Part shown: piece by piece, positions 1 through 12,781 of the stretch
Numbering within the stretch: the stretch's first letter is position 1
How the letters are laid out: each line of letters starts with the position of its first letter
Origin: Octopus vulgaris
Lineage: Eukaryota
Reading direction: 5' to 3'
DNA: 64,000 bases
NCBI GenBank assembly: GCA_951406725.2
Contig: OX597816.1
Location: 152,086,001-152,150,000, forward strand
The notes under the pieces: generated by a model
Databases searched by the model: none
What the model was told of the DNA's origin: nothing
The model's input: the letters and a program-made list of their open reading frames with translations, nothing else
Made by a program: the position numbers and the translations under genes

Positions 1-14
1 TGAAACCTGACAGA

Positions 15-741
15 TTGAATGTAGACCCAAATTCTACAAATGCTGATAAAACTTTTAATCACTGGCTTAGAATTTTCACTAACTTTATAAACTCACTACC
101 AGGGCAGGAAGGTAGGATTATCGATAAATTCAATCTTTTGATTAATTATGTGGAACCGAACGTATACGAATTCATCAGTGAAGTTAAAGACAAAGAACAA
201 GCTGTGAATACACTAAAGAGTGTACATTAAACCACAGAACATCGTAATGGCACGCCATCTTTTAGCCACAAGAAAACAGAAACCAGGGGAATCTCTAGAC
301 CAGTTCTTAAACGAACTCAAAATATTAGAGAAAGACTGTGATTTTGTTGCAGTGAGTGCTGAGCAGTACCGGTCTGAAATGATTCGAGAACCATTTATAA
401 ATGGGCTCACTTCGAATCAATTACGACAAAGACTATTAGAAAACAAAAGTGTCGACCTCAGTACAGCTTATGATCAAGCACGTTCACTAGATGTGGCGCA
501 ACAGAGTTCCAGTGTTTTTCTAAACTCTGAGGGTGCCAACTTCAGTCTAACTGCACCCATTGTAGCTAAGCCAATAGATTCCTTAAAGCAGGAAGGAAAA
601 CACTCTGCCGCGACCCGAAAAGGAGACCCCTCGCAATGTTGGTTTTGTGGCTATTCCAGACACCCGCGGACTCACTGCCTTGCGCGGAAAGCAGTCTGTC
701 ACAAATGCCAAAAAAATAGGGCATTTTGGAAAACTATGTAG
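15..741 (+). pseudogene. gag: Gypsy gag, frameshifted
   Basis: ORFs 15-230 and 220-741: RHLLATRKQKPGESLDQFL (major homology-like region), IREPFINGL, zinc knuckles CWFCGYSRHPRTHC and CHKCQK. Confidence 0.9.
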
Positions 742-804
742 GAGCAACGCAGCAACTGTAACACAGGATGATGGTAAATATGATTTGCCTTCCGAGTAAC
801 CTCC

Positions 805-3070
805 ATGGTTATACTGAACAATAGCTATAAAGCCGAAGCATTAATTGATAGCGGTAGCACTGACAAGACCTCCATCAGTGAAAAGCTAGTGAACACATTC
901 AACATCAAGCCGGTCAAATTGAAGAACGTCATTGGTATGGCTTCTGCATCTCTTTCTGCGGAATCCAAGGGCTACTGCACTGTTTCACTAACAATGACTA
1001 ATCAGAAATACTACCATTTGAAACTGTTACGTGCTCAGAAACTTGTGTACTGACCTAATTCTGGGTACTGACTTCCAAGAACGGCATGAAAGTATTACCA
1101 TACAATACGGAGAACAGAGACCACCATTAACATTTACTGCGCTAAAAGCTATGAAAACTGATCCTCCAAAGCTATTCGCTCATCTCAGAGAGGACTGTAA
1201 AACCTATTGTAGCCAAATCGCGAAAATACTCGGAACGTGATCGAGAGTTCATCAGGACAGAGGTACGCCGCTTAGCAGATGCGAACATTATTGAACCTAG
1301 CAACTCCCCTTGGAGATCGCAAATGTTAGTAGTTCAAGAAAAAAAAAGCCAAGAATGGTGATTGACTACTCAGAGACGATTAACAAATACACACAGCCTG
1401 ATACCTACCCACTTCCTAAAATTGATGAGTTAGTGAACACTATCGCCAAGTACAAAGTCTACAGTACTATAGACTTACGTTCGGCATACTATCAGATCCC
1501 TCTATTAGAGAAAGACCGTCAATTCACTGCCTTTGAAACTGATGGAAAACTGTGGCATTATATTAGGATGCCATTTGGAGTAACTAACGGCAGCGCATGT
1601 TTCCAACGTATAATGGACGACTTCGTGAGTAAATACAAGCTACGAGATACGTTCCCATTCATAAACAATTTAACCATATGTGGGAAAGATCAAAATGGCC
1701 GCGATAAAAATTTAGAAAAATTTGAAATGGCAGCAAAAAGTGAAGGGTTTACCATGAATGAAGACAAATGCGTTTACTCAACAACAACTCTTGACTTTCT
1801 TGGATACCGTATCTCACACACTACCCTCAGCCCTGACCCAGAAAGGCTAGCTCCACTCAATCCTCCTACGCCAACTGACCAGAAATCATTAAAACGTATA
1901 GTCGGTATGTTTTTCTTATTATGCTAAGTGGATCTCCAAATTTTCTGACAAAATATATCCTCTAAATAACGTATTAAAATGTCCTCTAAACAGCCAACAA
2001 GTAAAAGCATTTGAGTCATTAAAAGTAGAACTAGCCAATGCTGCCATTCAAGTAATAGATGAGAACATTCCATTTACTGTTGAGACGGATGCTTCGGATT
2101 TTGTCATATCTGCAACACTAAATCAAGATGGAAGACCAGTCGCATTCCATTCTCGCACGCTGCAAGGTAGCTCCTCAGTTGAAAAGGAAACACAAGCAAT
2201 AATCAAATCAATTCATTATTGGAGACACTCTCTTCTAGGTAGACATTTTACATTAATTACTGATCAACGTTCTGTTGCATTCATGTATAATTATAAAGCG
2301 ACGAACAAAATTAAAAATGATAAAATTATGAGCTGGCGCATTGCGTTATCTCCATGCTCATATGAAACCACAATATTATAAACCAGACTCAGTTAACTTA
2401 ATTAAGGCCATGCAGCTCTTTGAGCGAATTTCCATCGATTTCAAAGGTCCGATTTCTTCCACGAAGCATCCTTATCTCCTAACAATTGTTGACGAATATT
2501 CTCGGTTTCCGTTTGGTTATCCAGTATCTGACATATCAGCTCAGACTGTAATAAAGTGTCTTACAGACATGTTCTCAGTTTTTGTTATGCCCAGTTATAT
2601 ACATTCAGATCGTGGAACTGCCTTTATGTCGACAAGATTGAGAGAATGGCTCCTCAGTAAGGGCATTACAACGAGTAGGACGACACTGAAAACAGTCAAG
2701 TAGAAAGATATAATGATATTATTAGAAGTCAGTACTATTCTCTTTGAAAACCCGTGCCCTTCCAGTATCTTCATGGGAAACAGTTCTTCCAGACACGTTG
2801 CATTCAATCAGATCTCTACTAACGCCGCTCCACAAACGCCACTCCTCATGAACGTCTTTTTAACTATCAAAGACGTTCAGCAACAAGAACATCTATGCCA
2901 ACATGGCTTCTTAACCCAGGACCTGCGCTTGTTCAAAGGAACAATCGCTCTAACGAGTATGATCCTATCGTGGACCAAGTTGATTTAATCGAAGCCAACC
3001 CCCAATACGCTCACGTCCGTTACCGAGACGGTCGGGAAACCACAGTATCTACAAAACAACTGACATAACA
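805..3070 (+). pseudogene. pol: Gypsy pol (protease, RT, RNase H, integrase), multiply frameshifted
   Basis: ALIDSGS protease; RMVIDYS, YSTIDLRSAYYQI, RMPFGVTNG, LDFLGY in RT (catalytic motif decayed to FINN); FTVETDAS and RHFTLITDQRS RNase H (~2070-2275); FERISIDFKGP and IHSDRGTAF integrase core. Confidence 0.92.
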
Positions 3071-3206
3071 TTTGTCCCTCAAGAGCCAGACAGAGAGCCA
3101 ACTGAAATTTCTCCTCCTCCTAGAGATAACAAAAAGCTGCATCGATCACAAAGGATTTGGAAAGACCCGGAAAGGCTTGATCTTTCTTTTACTAGGAGGG
3201 AGTGAA

Positions 3207-3345
3207 TGTTATGCAAATAACGTTGATATAAAGAGCATGCGCATTTAATAGGAAGAGGAAGAGAGAACGGCCATTCGGAATAACGTACAGGACTATGACT
3301 AAAAATTAGTTTCTTTGAACCAGGATTTACTGGTAATACATGACA
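3207..3345 (+). repeat. 3' LTR (~139 bp) preceded by polypurine tract
   Basis: PPT AGGAGGGAGTGAA (3194-3206) directly followed by TGTTATG...CATGACA (TG...CA with 6/7 terminal inverted match). Confidence 0.7.
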
Positions 3346-3780
3346 CAATGTTAACATTATCCTGAAGTTTACTGGAGATATACCCTTGTGTAGCTTATTA
3401 CAGGGTTTTCAGGGTATTCCTCTTCAAAATTTTGAGTTACTCTTGCCCATCAGTTCTGAAATTGCTAGAAAAAAAAATCACCGAAGAGTGAGTACTTCTT
3501 GAGGTGTTCACAATCAACTCATAGAATGTTGTTCTATTAGTTTTTGATCACTTGGGTTGATGTATTACTTTTGCTGCTGTTATTTAGCAGATACAACACA
3601 CTCAAAGGATGCCCAACTGATACCATGCTTCTTCCTCCTGTCTTCGTCTGAAATAGATTTTGCCAATATCATTGTTTCTGTTGACGCTTCCTGTTGATAG
3701 CAGAATCTTGCAAGTTTTAATTTCTATGGAGATTTCCCCTACAGACCTATCAAATATACCAAAAGTTTTTATTGGTATTG
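3346..3780 (-). mobile_element. R4/Dong-like non-LTR retrotransposon fragment (post-RT region)
   Basis: Minus-strand translation near 3620-3710 reads LLSTGSVNRNNDIGKIYFRRRQ then (frameshift) GGRSMVSV, resembling the KLL..HPKSDVDRLYLPR..GGRGL motif of RLE-type LINEs. Confidence 0.6.
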
Positions 3781-5009
3781 GAAGTAATAATGCACAGTGG
3801 AATACTGTCTTGTAAATGGAAGCTCCTGCTGCGATATTTTAAAAAATCTGGAATAATATTCATTAGTCACTATGCAAGGTACATTTCCCCCCCCCCCGCA
3901 CTTTGCATAATATATTTTTCTCAATACTAATAAAGCATTCGTTATGTGGAAAGAAATAGAGATCCCATTGAGGTAATAATTTGGAGTAAGGGAAGCAGTT
4001 TTATTCGCGTTCAACTATCAAATATGAAAATTACTTTTGGCCAAATTCCATCCCTACATTCACTAATAATCTTACTAAATACAACTATCCCACAATATTG
4101 TAAATATTTCTGGAGGAGATCTTTAGATCGTCTATAAGTAATCTGTGGGGTACATTGGCATCTCTGGCTGTTATAGATTCATGATGTCATAGACCCATTA
4201 GATTTTATTTTTAAAATGACAGTAGACCAACTACAAAAAATAAACAGAGGTATAGTCAAATTGTTTCCTTATTATATATACTCTTCATATATTTATTAAA
4301 TAGGAGATAATCGTTCCACTTCTAGTTACAATTGTGAGAATTGTTGACCAAGTCTTCACGGACCTTTCCAATGGCAACAACAAAGGCAGCAAGTACTGCT
4401 ACTAAGTACAGCAAGTTCTGTATTGAAGCCATACTGTCATAAGATGTCGTAAGATGTCAAGAATAAAAAAAGTATTTTTTTTTAAACTTCAGACAGCACT
4501 GTTTATTTATCCAAATATTTTCGGCACATTTTTACACTTCCTTCCTTTCATCTACCTCCTTACCAGTCACTCTGCTGTTAGCTTTGCAACAGTCTTTGAG
4601 GAATTGGCTGTAATAGCCTGTTTAAAGTTTTTGCAATGGGCCCATACTTTTATTATTTTTTTTTTTTGCTAAGACAGTGTTTTTATTTTTGGTTACAAGA
4701 TTTATTTGTGCAATGACAATGCAACTTTGAACATCAATTTGCCTTTCCATAATTCTTTCGAATTACATATATGAATATTCTTTTCTGCTTTTTTTTTATT
4801 ATTCGAAGTCTTCCTGTGAGAAAAGAGCTGCTTTCTAATAAAAAATACAATGCTCGATCGTTGGAATATAGATATCAAAAACGAATTCTCATTTTAAACA
4901 TGAGAAAAGTCATATATAATTTTACTGTTCTACTTACAGATTGTATTTCTAATGTGAATATTAGCGTGTTAATATCTTTTTTCTGAAAACCCCAGCCTTT
5001 CAAAATTGT

Positions 5010-5270
5010 CGTATGTATGTATGTATGTATGTATGTATGTATGTATGTATGTATGTATGTATGTATGTATGTATGTATGTCCGGATTAGACTACTTCATG
5101 CGCAACTCCATTGTCTCCCGAGACAGAAAGGATGCCAATACAATACAATGTATGTATGTATGTATGTATGTATGTATGTATGTATGTATGTATGTATGTA
5201 TGTATGTATGTATGTATGTATGTATGTATGTATGTATGCATGAATGTATGTGTGTATGTATGTATGTTTA
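5010..5270. repeat. (TATG)n microsatellite pair
   Basis: Two perfect TATG tracts (5010-5080, 5148-5238) followed by a degenerate tail. Confidence 0.98.
5081..5148 (+). mobile_element. Short 3' end of an RTE-type LINE with (AATAC)n tail
   Basis: CCATTGTCTCCCGAGACAGAAAGGATGCCA plus AATACAATACAA; resembles the hairpin-containing RTE 3' terminus (recalled consensus). Confidence 0.45.
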
Positions 5271-6826
5271 TGTGCAGATTTATATGTTTTGTTTTATGTA
5301 TGTCTTCTCATGCGTGTACTTGCATATCTAGACATGTTCATATATACTTAAATGATAAACTTCTGGAAAGTTTTACAGATTTCTATACTTACAGTGATGG
5401 ATTGGATCTGTAATCTTCGTATCAGCTTTCTCCTTTCTGCTTTTGAGAAGCCTAATCTCTCAAGATTGGTATTTAGGCTGTGAGTTACATATCTCAGTGC
5501 CCCAATAGTTACAGGTATAACCCTGAACTTGTAATCTAGATAGAGTAACTGCAGATTTTTCAACAGTTCAGCGTAGGTGTTCTCTTTTTGACTGATCGTC
5601 AGCTTAATGCTAACATCCGCTGGGCAGCTGATTTCCACGACTGTACACAGTTTCTCTTCCCTATTCCAAATTCTTATATCAGGTCTCTTGTGTTTACATT
5701 TTATTGAGGGTTTCACTTGGACATTCCACCAGTACTCCTTTTTATCATGGCTTCCATCATACTGTGGGCTCTTATTTCTTTGTCCTCGGGCTTATCCTTT
5801 TGAAGGATCTCGTTATACAATATCCTAGCTACAACATCGAATCTAGGACATTTACTCCCCATGACAATAATCCCGCAAGGACAATTACTCCTGAGGACAA
5901 GAGATGATGATGTAAAACTTCTTAATATATTGGAGAGGGGGTAATTAACCAAGGGGCGGGGTAATTGTCCTAGGGGTACATGTCGTCTGGGGAATTGTCC
6001 TATGGGTGTTAATTGTCCTAGGGGCTAATTGTCCTGATACGACAACATCATGTCTCATCGGTAGATACTACCGCGATGACATTTTTAGACAACTGTTTAT
6101 GATATGGGTGAGATCTTCGGTGTTAACTCCACAAGTCTGCATCAGTTTCGCATTTTACTGCTTTTCCTGCATCTCTGTCCTTTTTGTGCATCAGGTACTT
6201 GGTTGATATTTCCTGTTCTTGGGTTGCAAATGCATACCCTTCAAAGTTGGAGGAAGCAATCCGGTTGTTGGTACATGATAGACTGCTTTGGTGATCAATG
6301 TTACTATCATCTCGCAGCTTTCTACTAACATATCCATGCCAAAGTCTTCTGCTCATACAGGCGCATCCCCAAACTCCCTTCTTTCCAGCTGCTTATTCTG
6401 CTGTGGTGATGTTATTGCTTTCACAATGGTCTTGGAGGAAGATTTTTGCCATGTGGGTGGTTCTGCATTTGGGGATCAATTTTGTCTCTGCCAGAGCTAA
6501 CCAATGTAGTATGCTACCGTTCCCATTGAGAGCTTGCTGGAACAAGTTGATAAGATATGGTTGGTATGTTAACTTCTTTTAACCATATCCAACAATCAAG
6601 TCTCTTCCAGGTGCTTTTCTATCCTGAAGTTTCTGGATCACAGTTACAAGGGTATCACCATCAATGCTATGTCTGGGTGTAATGCAGGGACAATAACTTC
6701 TTCGGATTTCTTCCAGCCACAGAGAATCTTGGTTAAACTCTATCTCTTCACTCCAGATTTTCCTCCAGAAGGAGTCTATGTCTTCTCGTGAAGGAGCTTC
6801 TGTGATGTTCACTGCTTCTCCTCCCA
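5271..6826 (-). mobile_element. R4/Dong-clade LINE with restriction-like endonuclease, 5'-truncated and internally deleted
   Basis: RPDIRIW..VVEISCPAD..KENTYAELL..IPVTIGAL (RLE, 5348-5716); EGYAFATQEQEISTKYL and RHDVVAR near zinc finger; FWRKIWSE..KAPGRD (N-terminal to RT, 6579-6826); (TATG)n on both sides. Confidence 0.92.
5839..6041. mobile_element. MITE with subterminal tandem repeats inserted in the LINE
   Basis: Left AGGACAATTAC-type repeats mirror right GTAATTGTCCT repeats; duplicated ACAACATC at 5831-5838 and 6042-6049; splits the RHDVVAR codons. Confidence 0.8.
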
Positions 6827-7239
6827 TGTATGTATGTATGTATGTATGTATGTATGTATGTATGTATGTATGTATGTATGTATGTATGTATGTATGTATT
6901 GTGTGAGTATGTATGCACACACGTGTACGTGTGTATGTATGCATGTATTATTAAAAGTGCGATAATCTAATCTAGAGAAACATAGCCGATTGAATTAGTC
7001 GGGTGCTGTACTATTAATTTCTGGAGCTATATTGTATCTATGACTTGACTCAAATCAGAGCAATTATAACCCGCAATAAAAAAGTGTCATTAGTCATAAA
7101 TAAAGATAGCATGTTTGGGTAGCTTCCCCAGCTGAATTTGAATTCTCCTTTGTGTTTAGATAGGATGAAAAGGAATGGCTTCCACCTTACTCGTTTGTTT
7201 TTTCAAGTTTATGTAAATTACGATTAGGAAAGTAGGTAT

Positions 7240-7309
<70 letters not shown>

Positions 7310-7810
7310 GTGGTATCATGGACAGTACGAAGGTCAGTGGGGACAGGCAGTCCCCTTGGAAGATGCCTCTCTTGATTTCTATTGTTCCTAAGCTTCTTCC
7401 ATATGCTGTCAGTTCCGTCCTCCACTTCGCCATACTTTTTCCAAGCAATCGCTCAACATTCGATTCAATACCAAATAGGTTCGTATATTCCATAATAATA
7501 GCAAGTGGTTTAGTTTTCTCCTATCTTTTCCCAGATCATACCCCAACTTTGTTTTCTGTAGTATTTCACTCAAGGGAATCATTCCTAGCACAAAGATCAG
7601 TGACGACACACTGTCCTCCTGGAAGATTCCTTTCTTGATTTTCACCTCTCCTAATTCTTGATTCCCTGCTGTCAATTCCGTTCTCCAAGATTTCAAACTG
7701 TTTCAATTCCGATCGCCAACATTTCATACTGCTATTATTATTATTATTATTATTGATATTGTTGTTGCTGTTGTTGTTTTTGTTGTTGTTGTTGTCGTCG
7801 TCGTTGTTGT
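7240..7810 (-). mobile_element. Two R4-clade RT fragments embedded in (TAA)n/(TTA)n tracts
   Basis: GIFQGDCLSPLTFVLSMIPL (7310-7490) and GIFQEDSVSSLIFVLGMIPL..KLNHLL (7502-7700); TAA tract 7240-7309, TTA/TTG tract 7733-7811. Confidence 0.85.
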
Positions 7811-7811
7811 T

Positions 7812-8025
7812 AGGGCGGTGAGCTAGCAGAATCGTTAGCACACCGGGCGAAATCCTTAGCGGCATTTCATCCGTCTTCAAATTCTGAGTTCAAATTCCGC
7901 CGGGGTCGAATTTGCCTTTCATCCTTCGGGGTCGATAAAATAAGTACCAGTTTAGCACTGGTGCCGATGTAATCGACTAGACTCCTACCCCAAATTTCAG
8001 GCCTTGTTCCAAAATTTGAAACTGT
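7812..8025 (+). mobile_element. tRNA-derived SINE family A
   Basis: GGCGGTGAGCTAGCAGAATCGTTAG head, GAGTTCAAATTCC B-box, central CCTTTCATCCTTCGGGGTCGATAAAATAAGTACCAG domain (resembles the Deu/Nin-type core); >10 copies in window. Confidence 0.9.
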
Positions 8026-8576
8026 TATTATTATCATTATTACTATTGAGTGAGAGAGCAATGCATTCCATCAAAGTGATGCTGGAGTAAAATATACGAA
8101 GCCCTGTATACCCATCATGGCTACCTGTCTGATAAGGGTACACTAGGCTCGTGCATCACAACCATATGTGTGTGACATGGTGATCTCATATCAAGATAAA
8201 CAGTGCATGACCTTGCAGGTGGGACCCAGTCAGAATTTTCTTTAGATCGAGTAGCTCATTCCACTCAAAAGGTCTCTGAATAAGGGTTGTTTAAGGATGT
8301 TGAACGAAACACCCATGTTTCCATAGGTAGATTATCCAAATCCCAAAGAATTCCTCTCAACATATGGCTATGATGCTCCTCCACTACTTTTGCTCGTGAT
8401 CAGAGCTACCAAGAGACATGCTCAACTGGTTAAGGATAAACAACTGACAAGCAAATCTGTGGTATTGAGCAGAATATTTGCTGTAGCCCATCTTTTATAC
8501 CAAAACAAAACAATGTACATGATAACACTTCCAATCAATTAAGATCAAAAGTATTATTATTTATTGTAACATAATT

Positions 8577-8812
8577 TGTTACGTACAATAAATAAGATAA
8601 TAAGACAAGAGTAACAACAATGTAACAAACACACAAATCCCATACCAACCAAAAATCAATATTCTTTGTGAACTAACCAGCCGACATCTGACTTCACTGC
8701 AAACTAACACGAACTTCACTCGACTCCGAACTCTGAACCTTGAACTCACTCGAATCGTTACCAGTTATACTTTACTCGGACCAGTCTACCTCTTGCAAGG
8801 GGGTGTTGTAAC
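8577..8812. repeat. Possible solo LTR
   Basis: Starts TGTTACG and ends TTGTAAC(T); internal GAACT-type repeats; no TSD confirmed. Confidence 0.3.
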
Positions 8813-8840
8813 TCTCATCACATTATTATTGTTATTATCA

Positions 8841-9160
8841 AGGTAGCGAGCTGGCAGAATCGTTAGCACGTTGGACGGAATGCTACGTTCTGAGTCCAAA
8901 TTCCGCCGAGGTCTACTTTGCCTTTCATCCTTTCGGGGTCGATTAAATAAGTACCAGTTACGCACTGAGGTCGATATAATCGGCTTAATCCATTTGTCTG
9001 TCTTTGTTTGTCCTCTCTGTGTTTAGACCCTTGTGAGTAGTAAAGAAATAGGTATTTCACCCATCGCTGCGTTCTAAGTTCAAATTCCGTCGAGGAAGGG
9101 TCGATATAATCGACTAGTCTCCTGCCCAGAATTTCAGGCCTTGTGTCTATAGTAGAAACG
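8841..9160 (+). mobile_element. SINE family A (dimeric, partially deleted)
   Basis: Same head, B-box and central domain as 7812 copy. Confidence 0.88.
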
Positions 9161-9896
9161 ATTATCATCACCATCATCATCATCATCATCATTATCATTA
9201 CAGTAGGTTTTCAAAACTGTGGTGGGTAGGTCTTTCAAGCAGCCGGTCTCCGTATTCGTCACAAAAAATATTCACTAAATTGTAAGAAAGAATTGTAATA
9301 TAATACAGGTAGAAATGATATTTTATTATTCAAAACTAGGGACTCCATAGATCATAGATGAGCGATCACTACGGAGTAATGGCAGGCTACTAATGAGCTG
9401 AGTGTGCAGTGTATGTTCCATTCTTGTTTGAATCACTGTAGCCAGTGAATGGAGTTATCGATCGCTCTATTAAACGCAATTTCTAAAGTTACGAATTACT
9501 TTCACGGCGTAAAATGAAATAGCAAGCAGTTAGAAGACACATTGAAAAGCTTCCATTGTGATTATGCAACTAGGATGTCTCAATTACCAAGAATAATTTG
9601 AAAAGTTAGAATTTGACATCGTTGCATTATTGAAGATAAAGAAATATGCAGGGAAGGAATATTTCTTTACTGACACGACAGTAAGAAATAAGATGATTCT
9701 TAATAGGCATTCAATGTTGAAGTCTTCAACTTGAGAAACATTGAGAGGACTGAGGTTCATTGTGTTCGTGACATCTGTAACTATTTGAATGACTTTAATT
9801 GTAAAGGTTTTTGTATCTATCAATTTGAGAATTGCCTTGACATATGGAAGTAATGAAATATTGTAAGCTCCCCATCACTCAAAGTCTCTGTCTCTT

Positions 9897-9931
<35 letters not shown>

Positions 9932-10323
9932 CCTCTTTTTTCCTCTCTTTATCTATTTATCATCTATGTATTTCTGGTAGAACAGACCATATCTCTATAC
10001 TTGTCATCAAACACAACTGCATCCACAACAATAATAAGTAAAGCAATATTCTATGCCAGGTTTCTATAGAAAAGTGCTATCTAACAAACGCTAATGACTA
10101 ATTAACAAGCAGGAAGTAGTCCTCGAATTCAGCACGACAAAGCGTGATCTAAGAACTTGAAGACACCAAGAAGTTAATGCAACTACATATGCTGTACATA
10201 CCAATACTTCCGAGACTACATTCTACTCATAGCTATGAAAGAATACTGTAAGGAACTAACTAGTCACCTACAATGCTGTTATCCATCCGTGTTGCGGCAA
10301 ATAGCATAATATTAAAGCATCTT

Positions 10324-10526
10324 AAGGCGACGAGCAGACATAATCGTTAGCATGCCGGGCAACTGGCTTAGTGGCATTTCATCTGTCCTTACATTCTAAG
10401 TTCAAATTCCACCGAGGTCGACTTTTCCTTTCATCCTTTCGGGGTCGATAAAATAAGTACCAGTCGACTTATTTCGCTCCACCCCTGCACCGAAATTACT
10501 GGCCTTGTGCCAAAATTTGAAATTGT
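10324..10526 (+). mobile_element. SINE family A with TSD
   Basis: Family consensus; TATTAAAGCATCTT duplicated at 10310-10323 and 10527-10540. Confidence 0.9.
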
Positions 10527-10976
10527 TATTAAAGCATCTTTTTTTATCTCTAAAATTCAATTTGATAGTCCAAAAATATATTAATCTTTTAAATAAACTA
10601 ATTTTATTCAATGTATTATATGCAATTTTCGCCTACATGAATAATACTCCGTATTAGACCATCTTGATAACCTCGCTCGGGGTTCGCAAAAAAGATCATG
10701 ATGCTGACACCCTAACCACTAAGCCACGCACCTCCACAAATTGTAAAATTAGTTGCCAAAAAATCATGAAATAAGAAAATTTTACTTTCTACATTATCAA
10801 TTTACCACCCACTATTTTAGATAATGAAATTTTTTTAATTTTTGTAAATTTCCATTTTTCAAAGAAAAGATTCTTTTGTTTAAAATTAGCGTTTATTAAA
10901 GAAATACAATAATAAAATGTTCTATTTCCAAATTCTTGGCCTATCTTAGCAGTCAGACTATTAATAACTTTGCGTT

Positions 10977-10978
<2 letters not shown>

Positions 10979-11059
<81 letters not shown>
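10979..11059. repeat. (TG)n microsatellite
   Basis: About 40 perfect TG units. Confidence 0.99.
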
Positions 11060-11061
<2 letters not shown>

Positions 11062-11339
11062 TGGTCAATTAAAGAAATAGTTCAATATGTCGAGTAGCAT
11101 ATTTCTGTAAATATTGTTTTCAAATTATAAAATAAAAAATCGTAAAATTTTTCATCAGATTTCGAGATAATGATTTCGGTAATAACTGTTTTCACTGTCT
11201 CTTCCTTCAGGTCAGAGATGTATCTACTTAAGACTTAGCTAATGTTTTCTACATTTATCACTACCGTCTGATAAATAGTACAATAAAATAAAGAGCCAAT
11301 GGTTGGTGTGTAAATTTAAAAGGAAAGATCTTGTACAAA

Positions 11340-12560
11340 TTACGGAATCATACTATGATTTGAAAATGGATGAAAGCACCATCATAACTAATCATAAACA
11401 GCTTCTTTGTTATTTTGTTTTCCATGTGCTTCTGACACTATACAGAATATAGTTGAATATTATCTATTTTGCATTGAAAATAGTGAGGATATCACTAGAA
11501 AAACTGTTTTCAATAAGATTGATGATTTCCTCGTTCAAGTTCAAATTCCCTGGGATAAATGCGTTTCCTCAACCACTGATGGGACTGCGACAATGATGAA
11601 TATTCTATCAGGAGCAGTGAATGCACGTGAACATGTTTTTTTCTTCCATATGCTTCAGTACGCACACCATTATTCATAGAAAAACAGATTGGAAAAACAC
11701 AAACTCGACTTAAGAGTCGACTTAAAAGAAATATGTTGATGTAACGTGTGCCAGTTATATAAAAATTCTATTCAAAATATCCCGATGTTTCAAAGCCTTT
11801 GTGAAGGTATGAATGTCAAATGCACACTTTTGTTATTGCTTTCTCTAGTTCGGTGCTTTCGAGGGGAAAATCCATGGTTCGGTTTTTCAAATTTCGTAAG
11901 GAAATCATCGTATGTCTCATCAAAATGAAGACTAACTTTGTCGCTTTCTCCGATAACTCAAAGAAGCCCATCACATTGCGGTTACATGGCTTCTATATTT
12001 GAACATTTAAACAGTTTTTACTACAAGAAAAAGATTATAGCACTTTTATTTTCAATTAGCAAAATCCGAGGACTTCATATTCTGTTAATGCCTGGAGAAG
12101 AAAGTGTCAAAAGAAAAAAGCAGTTTTTCAGTCTTCGTTATATGCTGACGGGTTTGAATCAAATTTTAAAAACTACAGCTGCATTATAGACAATATCATT
12201 AATCATCCTTGCTTTTTAAATTTTTATACCCAAAAATACTTCTTACAGCGGAATACAAATCACTTGAAAAATTAAGCTGAGCGTTAAATCCATTTGATGC
12301 AGTTGATACGGTAAGTATTCTTAATGAGACAAAAATTCAACCTCTGCAGTCAAACGTTGACTTGGTGAGAAAATTAAAATTCTTAACGTGATGTTCAATA
12401 AAGTGATCAAAATGAAAAGAAAAAGCTGGTTACTGAAGCTTTGAAAATCCTTGTTCGATTTTCCAACACATATCTCTGCCAGAAGGTATTCTCTGTAACA
12501 ATGACTCGAACAAAAAGCAAAGCAAGCAATCAACTTCGCAAGTTGGGCGTACTAAAGAAA
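11340..12560 (+). pseudogene. hAT (Buster/SPIN/ZBED8-type) transposase fossil
   Basis: LKMDESTII.N.KQLL, EYYLFC, IPWDKCVSSTTDGTATM, LSRGKSMVRFFKFRKEI motifs in broken frames. Confidence 0.85.
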
Positions 12561-12781
12561 GGCACACTATCTTCGCTTTCGTTACTATTAAAGAATTCCA
12601 TGAAACAACTGCAAAAGTAACCTAACCAATAAATTATAACAAGAATAAATTATAACAAGAGTCTTGAGATATAAGATTAGATTCTTCATGGCATTTTATG
12701 GAGTGTTATTTCTGTCTGCTTTTCTTTTATGGAGTGGTATAGTTTTTTTTTTTTCAATAAAGTAAAATGAAAAGCTGTATA

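Larger units (their letters stand above)
1..3345 (+). mobile_element. Degenerate Ty3/Gypsy LTR retrotransposon (5' end outside window)
   Basis: Domain order gag-PR-RT-RNaseH-IN in frameshifted ORFs, then polypurine tract and a short 3' LTR; Gypsy-type order (IN after RNaseH). Confidence 0.95.

Noticed and set aside
3790-4200. Possible Merlin/ISXO2 transposase remnant on the minus strand (KLLPLLQII..GSLFLS)
   Set aside because: Only one weak motif with stops; cannot be supported without a search.
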